From assembly GCA_050012755.1 (NCBI GenBank), contig JBEKGO010000038.1, positions 1 through 32,273 on the forward strand: a stretch of 32,273 nucleotides of DNA, given 5' to 3'. Position 1 is the stretch's first letter, and every line of letters starts with the position of its first letter. This document shows positions 9,514-17,005 of the stretch, piece after piece. The translations under genes were made by a program, and so were the position numbers. The stretch comes from Candidatus Bathyarchaeia archaeon. GTDB lineage: Archaea; Thermoproteota; Bathyarchaeia; Bathyarchaeales; Bathycorpusculaceae. The notes beneath the pieces are model-generated. The model did no database searches and had not been told where the DNA came from. It was given only the letters and a program-made list of their open reading frames with translations.

Positions 9514-9594
9514 AAAAACGCCTGAAGTGGGACTCAAACCCGCCAAAACGCGTGGAATCTAAACGTGTATCTAAATCTCGCTTTAGGCGTTTTT
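9514..9594. repeat. Imperfect inverted repeat with arms resembling a tRNA 3' end
   Basis: aaaaacgcctgaagtgggactcaaacccgc versus the reverse complement of the right arm, aaaaacgcctaaagcgagatttagatacac. Confidence 0.55.
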
Positions 9595-9725
9595 TCCAAA
9601 TCAGCCAATCTTCCATGTATCTGCTTTGACTTTTATGATACAGTCGTATATCACGTTGGAAACATAGGCTTCCTTAACACTCAATTTTGCTGAGCAGTTT
9701 TGGCACCTTATTCTTTTTGGCATTT

Positions 9726-9747
9726 GTCGGTGTGGGCTCACATTCAC
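9726..9747 (+). promoter_or_regulatory. 22-bp operator upstream of the PRC-barrel gene
   Basis: GTCGGTGT-gggctc-ACATTCAC, then 5 nt, then CTTAACT. Confidence 0.6.
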
Positions 9748-9821
9748 ATTAGCTTAACTCTGTCGATGGTCTCTTATTGGTTAGTTCAAATTATGAGCGT
9801 TTAAAGGAGGGATATACAAGT

Positions 9822-10112
9822 ATGAGAACTAGAGAGTTTATAAATAGAAGTGTGTTTGCGTTAGATGAGAAAATCGGTACCGTTAAAGGTATAGAAGTTG
9901 ATCCGGACGAGTGGAAAATAACTCATCTTGAAATCGAATTGAAAAAAGAAATAGCTGAATCAGTGCTTGGTGTAAAGAAAGGCGGAGTGCGAAATATGTT
10001 GGCCGTTTCATCTCTGGAGAAAGGGGTTGCCCGCTGGACAGACAATGGACTGCACTTAAAAGTTTCAAAAGATCAACTTCACATGTACCTTAGACCAGTA
10101 GTTAAGACTTAG
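9822..10112 (+). CDS. PRC-barrel domain protein
   Basis: EFINRSVFALDEKIGTVKGIEVDPDEWKITHL matches the PRC pattern. AGGAGG SD precedes the ATG at 9822. Confidence 0.85.
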   Translation: MRTREFINRSVFALDEKIGTVKGIEVDPDEWKITHLEIELKKEIAESVLGVKKGGVRNMLAVSSLEKGVARWTDNGLHLKVSKDQLHMYLRPVVKT

Positions 10113-10414
10113 TTAAGCAGTTTGCCATGAACGTGTGGTTGACGAGCGCTGTTATTATTGTGATACTTTGGTTAATTGGATTCTTTTCTTTGCCAGACGT
10201 AGGCCCGTTGATACACATAATGCTCGTAATAACTGTAATCATACTAGTCACTTGGCTGTTGACCGGCAGAAAGCTATTAAATAGCCACTTTTCTTTTTTT
10301 TGTTAATCTTAATCCAAACCGAAAAGTTAGATTGGATCACCTTTCCAACGTTTTCTCACAATTAAGCTACTTGGCGTATGGATGACCCGAAATTTTCGGA
10401 AAATTAACAACCTT

Positions 10415-10436
10415 GTTACTGTAGCTCTCCAGTCAC
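10415..10436 (+). promoter_or_regulatory. 22-bp operator plus TATA box with no intact downstream CDS
   Basis: GTTACTGT-agctct-CCAGTCAC, then 5 nt, then TATTTATC. Confidence 0.65.
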
Positions 10437-10487
10437 AAAGTTATTTATCATTAAAGATAAGTATTCATATTGAGGAAACAACTAAGC

Positions 10488-10579
10488 TTTGGCGGATCAG
10501 CGTTAGACAAGACGTGAATGATTTATAATACCCCACTTATCGAATGTTCGCGTCCTTTTAACTGCGTAGGTCCGCCAAA
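10488..10579 (+). ncRNA. Candidate structured small RNA (long imperfect hairpin)
   Basis: Nested stems tttggcggatc/ggtccgccaaa, gttaga/tttaac and gacgtgaat/gttcgcgtc with G-U pairs on the + strand; lies downstream of an operator and TATA box. Confidence 0.35.
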
Positions 10580-10587
10580 ATATATTC

Positions 10588-10818
10588 TTAAATCGCGCGC
10601 ATTTGTGTTTTGGATTTGGTCAAGAAAATATTTGTCATCATTTCGTTTTTCCATAAAGTTATTGTTCGTATTTCGGCTCCACATTCGCAAGTAATGATGG
10701 GCAAAAGTTCTTTCAGGTAGCTATCAACATTAACGTTTTTGCTTTCTGATATGTTTGCAATTATTGCGGACTCGGTTGACAACAGTTTCTGAATTTTCTC
10801 AATTCTATTCCGACTCAT
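10588..10818 (-). CDS. Small hypothetical protein with a CECG motif (possibly truncated)
   Basis: LLPIITCECGAEI zinc-knuckle-like half site with no second ligand pair; GGAG SD. Confidence 0.5.
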   Translation of the reverse strand: MSRNRIEKIQKLLSTESAIIANISESKNVNVDSYLKELLPIITCECGAEIRTITLWKNEMMTNIFLTKSKTQMRAI

Positions 10819-10939
10819 CTAAACTCAAAAATCTCCATTTACTTTCCCGATGGATAACAACGTTCAGGTATTTCCTTTTATGGTCATGCCTGTGTGGCTA
10901 CAAATCTACAACGTTAAATATCTTCGGAACACGCGTTTT

Positions 10940-11860
10940 TTAAACAATTAGTGGCTCTTTCTTGCTGTCTACTGAAAAACCTCGCGTAGAAAAGATCAAC
11001 ACACCCCAAGCGACTAAGATAAAAACGACTATCCCAGCAACAATGAAGGGCATCAAGCTGAGCGTAGTGGATACAGCTGCCGGATTCAAAATCCCGCCAA
11101 GAAATATCGCAAAAATCATAAGTCCAATGGAGAAGATAAATGAAAACTTGTAGGGTTTATCTGACTTGGTCTTAACCAATTTCTTTCTGTCAAGTTCGCC
11201 AACAAGAAAATTCAAGAAAACTCCAGCCGAACCAATTAGCAACGGAACTATAATAGAAAAGGTGTCATTCCGCGTGCTGAAATCGATAAAATGCCGCAGG
11301 CCGAGAACCGAAAAGAGAACTATAAGCAGAAAAATAGCTATGGATCCAAAAAAGATAGACCTATCTAAAAACTTTCCTGAGAGAGCTGGACCATAAGTTC
11401 TTCTATTTGGCACGGGCACTTCACCAGGTTTAATATCTTTTGTAGTTCTTCGTGTCAATCCAGGCAAATCGTTAGAAAGAAAGTAGATCTTATGTTTTGG
11501 ATCAAGCGGCAATTTGTTGCCATCCGAATCATACACCGCTTTAGTTACAATTCTTGAAAAAGGATATAGCCATTCGACGCCTCTATCTCTCGTTGTGGTG
11601 AATGAATCCAGGAATGAGTGAAGAAAGGCGCCAATGCCAAAAAATGGGTTTATCAAATACACGATGCCTATAAATAAAAAATTGTGGAATAATGCACGAT
11701 GTACCTGTCGGAGTCGAAAGGACTCCTTGCTAAAAAAACCGTATTCTCTATCTAGGTCAGGAATTGCGGAACCGATACCAACCATTAGCGCTATTTCTGG
11801 TTTGCCAAATAATAGGGCTCCGACTAGTATACCAACCATTATGTGGGTAGAAAGATTCAT
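10940..11860 (-). CDS. Membrane-bound metal-dependent hydrolase (YdjM/DUF457 family)
   Basis: TH, PDLD, HRALFHN and LHSFLD motifs; additional C-terminal TM helices. Confidence 0.85.
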   Translation of the reverse strand: MNLSTHIMVGILVGALLFGKPEIALMVGIGSAIPDLDREYGFFSKESFRLRQVHRALFHNFLFIGIVYLINPFFGIGAFLHSFLDSFTTTRDRGVEWLYPFSRIVTKAVYDSDGNKLPLDPKHKIYFLSNDLPGLTRRTTKDIKPGEVPVPNRRTYGPALSGKFLDRSIFFGSIAIFLLIVLFSVLGLRHFIDFSTRNDTFSIIVPLLIGSAGVFLNFLVGELDRKKLVKTKSDKPYKFSFIFSIGLMIFAIFLGGILNPAAVSTTLSLMPFIVAGIVVFILVAWGVLIFSTRGFSVDSKKEPLIV

Positions 11861-12177
11861 GAGAACAACCCGTTATCTTCGGACTAGTTATTATAATATT
11901 GCTAATTTTAAGAATATAAAGTTAATTAGAGGTAAAATCTTCGTTTCTTCAGGCTTATTTTGCCCCAAAACTTGCAATGACCTAACAGATTTTGGCGTTG
12001 TATTTATCCAATCAAACACCAGCGAATTTGACGAAATTACAGACTTGATAGAAAGAAAAAAGGATCTGCGAATTCGATGAGTAACAAATACCGCTGGTTG
12101 TTCAGAATTAGAAATGTCGAGCTGGGTTAACCTTTCTCTGAGAGAAAGACTAGAAGCCTGTAAAAGACAAAAAAAGG

Positions 12178-12403
12178 TTATTGATAACTTTTATGCCTGT
12201 CCATTGTTTCCTTGTTAACTCTGGTTTTTCCTAAACCACCATTGTGAGCGCTCAACACAAACTTCAAAGTGTTTTCTTTGAAGTATTCTCTAAATTGATT
12301 TCCACATTTAGTGCACTTGTACATCTTAACTCGAAATCTTCCAAAGTTCCAATTCCTTATCAGGTTCTTTCATGTGGGCTGTACAATTAGGACATTTAGG
12401 CAT
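12178..12403 (-). pseudogene. Frameshifted copy of the zinc-ribbon gene at 20435-20659
   Basis: 226 nt versus 225 nt in the paralog. GAA TTGG versus GAA TGG (1-nt insertion near 12351) gives a premature TAA; the protein is otherwise nearly identical. Confidence 0.85.
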
Positions 12404-12613
12404 TAAATTCACCTATAATGCTAAAACGAAAGTGACTATATATACCCATTTCGATGCTAAGCATAAAAGTTCAATTCATGTGAGCCTGAAAAGCTGAGGG
12501 TTATGAAGGTAAATAATCTCAAAACTGCTTAATTCTTTTCCTGCTATTATAAAAATAGTAACATCTAAAATATCATTAGCAGACGTTGAAATATGGACAC
12601 ATTTCCAAGTTCG

Positions 12614-13417
12614 TCAGGAAGAAATCGGTTGTGAAGATTTCGTTAATTCTGTGATGCGATTTTGAACCGTTTTGGACACCTCTTCCCTCAATTTTTCGTC
12701 GTCGTGGATCCATAAATTAATCTGGTCAATTCTTTTGGATAGTTCTTCATCGCCAATGGTGTTCTTGAACCATCTTTGAAAATCTTGCCGCTGAAAATGA
12801 AACGTGACTGATTGAAGGGGTACTGTTTGGAGTTTTGCAGCGAATTCAACAGTGCTACTTGCAGTTATTCCTGTGTTTTTTCTTAGCTCTGTGAAAAATT
12901 GAAAAGCATTTTCGAAGGGAACCGTATCGAGCAGGTTTATGTTTGGCGGTAGGGATTGAAAATTAAGCTTCTTTCCAAGGTCTATTGCCCAATCCCTTAC
13001 TCTGTTCATGTTTAGATTGTCCATGACGGCTTTTCCCTGTTTAAGCAGGCAGCCTCCAAAAGCGGTAACGTCAATGGGCTTGAGCGACTTGTTTTTGGCA
13101 AGTACTTTTTTTGTGTTGTCTGCAGTGCTTTGCGCTTTCGGGTTTTCAGCGTCTTCACAGCAGAAATAGAGTGCAACTTTTTTGTCTTCAAAGTTCTTCT
13201 CCAAAAAATCTACGGCTTCATCGTAAACACTCGTACTTTTTACGCCACCGCCAACGATGATGTTTTGGTATGGTGTAATGTCCGGTGGACCATTTTGAAG
13301 ATCTACGACAGTTACATCCGTGTTGTAGGTTGTTTTTAGCGTATCAGCTATGACACGTGCTGCCTGGGCATTTATTCCAGTTTTTGTCGAATAAACAATT
13401 AGTGTTCTTTCTGTCAA
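12614..13417 (-). CDS. Flavodoxin-like domain fused to a C-terminal DUF5752-like domain
   Basis: N-terminal LIVYSTKTG..IIVGGGV..AFGG. C-terminal VP.ENAF.F....TG..A.S..EF...L..VP..SV.FH..R.DF.RW....IGD.EL. Confidence 0.85.
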   Translation of the reverse strand: MTERTLIVYSTKTGINAQAARVIADTLKTTYNTDVTVVDLQNGPPDITPYQNIIVGGGVKSTSVYDEAVDFLEKNFEDKKVALYFCCEDAENPKAQSTADNTKKVLAKNKSLKPIDVTAFGGCLLKQGKAVMDNLNMNRVRDWAIDLGKKLNFQSLPPNINLLDTVPFENAFQFFTELRKNTGITASSTVEFAAKLQTVPLQSVTFHFQRQDFQRWFKNTIGDEELSKRIDQINLWIHDDEKLREEVSKTVQNRITELTKSSQPISS

Positions 13418-13470
13418 TGTTCTTCACTTTCTCTGTTCTATATTTAGAACGTGCGTGCTTAATTGTGTGT

Positions 13471-13492
13471 GTGACTGCGAAGCCACAGCTAC
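13471..13492 (-). promoter_or_regulatory. 22-bp operator upstream of flavodoxin 1 (divergent from YihY)
   Basis: In gene orientation GTAGCTGT-ggcttc-GCAGTCAC, then acacaca, then ATTAAG. Confidence 0.75.
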
Positions 13493-13723
13493 AAGCCAAA
13501 ACACACTTGAACAGTAAATGTCTCTTTTCACTATTTTGCAGCAAGCTGAAACAATTCAGGCAGGTGAGAAAATTTTTGCGCGTTAAACTACTAATCTAAG
13601 ATTATACACATAACATACTAAAAGGACAACAAAAGAAAGATATATGCCAAACTTAATTTCTTGCTTAAGCATAATATAAGAGAGTGTTTTATTAAAATCA
13701 TTTTACCAGATGGACTAGTTAGT

Positions 13724-14581
13724 ATGGATCGAAAACAATTCGCATCTCTTCTTAAAGAATCATTCAGTGAATGGCAAGTCAATAGCGTAAGCTTGCGGTC
13801 TGCGGCGCTCGCATTTTTCATCATTTTACCGCTTCCTTCACTTCTACTTATCCTAATGGTAGTTTCTTCTCAATTCCTAGGTCAAACCCAAGCCTTCCAA
13901 CAATTAATAGCACAGATAAGCGCCGTCGCCGGACCAGCAGTTGCAAACTTAATTACTCAGGTTCTTCAAAGTAGCAAAACTCCCTCCACTTCATTTTTGG
14001 CTACCGTCACATTTGTGGGTTTTTCTGTCGCCGGCGTAATCGGCGCGTTCCAAGTGTTGCGAAATACGATGGACATCGTTTGGAAGATATCGCCTCCGCC
14101 AAAAAGGCGGACCCTCATGACAAGAATAAGACGTAATATACGGCCGTTTCTGCTTGTTTTTTCCGTTGTAATCATCATTATTGCTTGGACAGTAATAATG
14201 ACTGCAATCTTAAGCTCCGTTGGCAGCGTAATAGTACCTATGACTGGAGGTTTAAACTCGTTATTTCTAAGAATACTTCAGATCGTGCTCTCTTTTATTC
14301 TAGCGACAGGTCTGTTTGCCATCATCTACCGGGAGGTGCCTGATACAGACATTCAATGGGGAGACGTCAAGATAGCAGCGGTCATGGTGGCAGTTGTGTT
14401 CAGCATTACCAATGTGTTGTTTTCTTGGTATATTCAAACTTTCTCTATCACATCGGTGGCCGGAGCCGCTGGAGCAATCATGATTCTGTTATCATGGGTT
14501 TTCATAATGAACCAACTCATGCTTTTTGGCGCTGAATTCTCAAAAACATATGCTATTCGATTCGGCTCACAAAAAAAATAG
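13724..14581 (+). CDS. YihY/virulence factor BrkB family membrane protein
   Basis: SAALAFF..L.LP.LL, IY..VPD..I.W.D and GAAGAI...L.W.......L.GAEF motifs; start reassigned to MDRKQ. Confidence 0.92.
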   Translation: MDRKQFASLLKESFSEWQVNSVSLRSAALAFFIILPLPSLLLILMVVSSQFLGQTQAFQQLIAQISAVAGPAVANLITQVLQSSKTPSTSFLATVTFVGFSVAGVIGAFQVLRNTMDIVWKISPPPKRRTLMTRIRRNIRPFLLVFSVVIIIIAWTVIMTAILSSVGSVIVPMTGGLNSLFLRILQIVLSFILATGLFAIIYREVPDTDIQWGDVKIAAVMVAVVFSITNVLFSWYIQTFSITSVAGAAGAIMILLSWVFIMNQLMLFGAEFSKTYAIRFGSQKK

Positions 14582-14800
14582 TTTGCACAGACAGCATAGG
14601 AAAACTTGTGGCAGCAATAACCATGACGCTATCATTGCCACACTGCTCAGCCTATAGTTTACGCTTTTTGTTCTGATTCACAGTTGATTACTCTCTGGGA
14701 GTGAAAATCGCTTATAAAGCATAGATAATCTCACTAACCTTAGCCTTTATACCATGAAAATTGGTCTATTAAGAAAGCTTCAAAGCATGGATTTAGATAG

Positions 14801-15130
14801 CTAAGGAGATCTTAATTGTTTTCTTATGATAATGTAAAGCACCAAGAGGAGCAGTACACCCATAACACCTGAAATGAGACCCACGATGTACCAAGCTTTC
14901 CATGCTGGCATGAAAGTGCTAAGATATTTTAGCGAACCGATTAGAACGAAAATAGAAGCAGACCCGATTAATGCAATTACCAAGGCCAACAAAACACTTA
15001 TAATTATTCCAATAATCAGAATCTTTTGGACGCGTTTCTTTAGAGCAGGCTTATTTTCATTCACATATTCTTTGAGAATGGCTTTTATATCATTGAGCAA
15101 TCCATAGATAATTTCCTTCAAAAGCGGCAT
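14801..15130 (-). CDS. Two-TM membrane protein, phage-holin/DUF1469-like
   Basis: Amphipathic N-terminus, TM1, MPAW.A..IVG, TM2 and basic tail; GGAGG SD. Confidence 0.6.
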   Translation of the reverse strand: MPLLKEIIYGLLNDIKAILKEYVNENKPALKKRVQKILIIGIIISVLLALVIALIGSASIFVLIGSLKYLSTFMPAWKAWYIVGLISGVMGVLLLLVLYIIIRKQLRSP

Positions 15131-15203
15131 CTAACCATAACCCCTCCATACGTATTCCGCACAAGTCCGGCTGAAAAGATTTTCGTCAGAACCGCCCAAG
15201 TGA

Positions 15204-15611
15204 TTATTTGGGAGTGGCAGGAGAATCAGGTGCAGTAGAGGTGCTATCATATCCGGTTGAAAATGGCGCTTGGTATTTTCCAATGTTCTCTCTGATGATG
15301 CCATATCCTTTTTCTGCTTCGGAATTAGACAAATCACCTAAGGATAGCGGTTCTCCGCCGAACCTAAGTGTACACTTGATTGTTGACCTCAGAACTCCCT
15401 TGTCCAACACCACGTTAGCTATGTCCTTGTAATTGTAATCTGTATAATCCTTCTTCAAACCAAGCGCGTGAGGATGCCGCAGAATCATACGTTCGTTCGT
15501 AAAGACTACAGAGTCAATATTAATCTTCGGATGGTAGATTTTCTGCTTAATATATAACTCAACCTTCTCGTTTGGACCAAGTATTTTCGCTATATCATCT
15601 GGAGAACTCAT
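15204..15611 (-). CDS. Bacterial PH-domain protein
   Basis: LGPNEKV, DSVVFTNER.I and Y.Y.DI..V...KG.....I motifs. Confidence 0.85.
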   Translation of the reverse strand: MSSPDDIAKILGPNEKVELYIKQKIYHPKINIDSVVFTNERMILRHPHALGLKKDYTDYNYKDIANVVLDKGVLRSTIKCTLRFGGEPLSLGDLSNSEAEKGYGIIRENIGKYQAPFSTGYDSTSTAPDSPATPK

Positions 15612-15675
15612 AATTTACAACCAACTTGGAATTCTTAACTGTACAATTGTACCTAATGAGGGGATAAATAGTCTT

Positions 15676-15697
15676 GTGACTGTAAGACTACAGCGAC
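15676..15697 (-). promoter_or_regulatory. 22-bp operator upstream of the PH-domain gene
   Basis: In gene orientation GTCGCTGT-agtctt-ACAGTCAC, then 5 nt, then TATTTATC. Confidence 0.8.
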
Positions 15698-15847
15698 AAG
15701 CAAATTGTGATTATTTAGTTAACTCCTCACAGGCGTCCAATACCAGAGCGAGATTTATTTGTCTATAAGATATATACGTTAGATATCCCATTTTCAAAGG
15801 GCTTTCGCACAAGTATCGAAAAAAGAAAAAATTAGGAATTATTAGGC

Positions 15848-16804
15848 TTAGGTCGCTGCCGTTGTGCAATCAACGACTTTGGCCATTGGCGCATTCTTCT
15901 TCACTGATGAGATGCCGGTTTCGGCTGCCTGCTTTGATAAGTAGGATTGGCTTACTGCAATTATCTCTCCGTTGGCAGCTTTCAGATGGAAACGATACCT
16001 ATCAGGAGCATTGAATTGAATTTCAAAAATTGGGTCTTGATCAATGCCAGCTGCGTGCGTTAGCACACCATCTGCGGTAGATAGATCAACGATTTTGGCG
16101 ATTGGGGCATTCTTCTTTATTGAATCAATACCTGTTATGGCTGACTCTTTTGCTACGTAGGATTGGCTTACTGCAATTATCTCTCCGTTGGCAGCTTTCA
16201 AATGGAAACGGAACTTATTAACAGAATCAAGTATAATCTCGAAAACTCCTTCTGTTTCTTTCGCTTTTGCAGTCTTCTCAACTACTGGCATCACTTTAAC
16301 AGGTGGGACCACCGGTACCACTTTAACAGGTGGGATTGGTTCACGCGCGACAAACTTCTCGCCCAGCTCTTTTGCCCAATCTTTTATCCTGTTCATATTT
16401 AAATCGTCCATGACGGCTTTTCCCTGCTTAATCATACAGCCTCCAAAAGCGGTAACGTCAATAGGCTTGAGCGACTCATTCTTGGCAAGTACTTTTTTTG
16501 TGTTGTCTGCAGTACTTTGCGCTTTCGGGTTTTCAGCGTCTTCACAGCAGAAATAGAGTGCAACACTTTTGCCTTCAAAGTTCTTCGCCAAAAAATCCAC
16601 AGCTTCATCGTAGACGTTTGTACTTTTTACGCCACCGCCAACAATGATGTTTTGGAATGGTGTAATGTCCGGTGGACCATTTTGAAGATCTGCAATAGTT
16701 ACATCCATTTTGTAGGTTGTTTTGAGCACTTCAGAAATGGCATATGCTGCCTGTGCATTTATTCCAGTTTTTGTCGAGTAAGCTATTAGTGTATTTCTTG
16801 TCAT
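15848..16804 (-). CDS. Flavodoxin-like domain fused through a Pro/Val linker to two YegP/DUF1508 domains
   Basis: N-terminus nearly identical to 12614-13417; two copies of FEI......(F/Y)RFHLKAANGEIIAVSQSY..K..A..GI.S.KKNAP. Confidence 0.9.
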   Translation of the reverse strand: MTRNTLIAYSTKTGINAQAAYAISEVLKTTYKMDVTIADLQNGPPDITPFQNIIVGGGVKSTNVYDEAVDFLAKNFEGKSVALYFCCEDAENPKAQSTADNTKKVLAKNESLKPIDVTAFGGCMIKQGKAVMDDLNMNRIKDWAKELGEKFVAREPIPPVKVVPVVPPVKVMPVVEKTAKAKETEGVFEIILDSVNKFRFHLKAANGEIIAVSQSYVAKESAITGIDSIKKNAPIAKIVDLSTADGVLTHAAGIDQDPIFEIQFNAPDRYRFHLKAANGEIIAVSQSYLSKQAAETGISSVKKNAPMAKVVDCTTAAT

Positions 16805-16858
16805 TTTTCTTCATTTCCTTGTTCTAAGTATAGCACTCGCGAGCGCTCTTTAAGCTGT

Positions 16859-16880
16859 GTGACTGTAGGGTTACAGCGAC
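16859..16880 (-). promoter_or_regulatory. 22-bp operator upstream of flavodoxin 2
   Basis: In gene orientation GTCGCTGT-aaccct-ACAGTCAC, then 5 nt, then TTAAAGA. Confidence 0.8.
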
Positions 16881-17005
16881 AACCGAATTATGATTATTTC
16901 ATTGACTCTGCAACCTGTGACCTTTACATTCGGCATTTACTTCCTTTGCAAGATTTGGATAAATTAGGGAGCACTTTTTCGAGGGGCACTCTCAATAGAG
17001 TAGGT

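Noticed and set aside
9514-9594. Functional tRNA gene
   Set aside because: No D-arm or anticodon arm, and mismatches in the T and acceptor stems.
10894-10915. Further operator copies (also 5886, 19948, 24845)
   Set aside because: Only one good half-site or wrong spacing, and no TATA box at the conserved distance.
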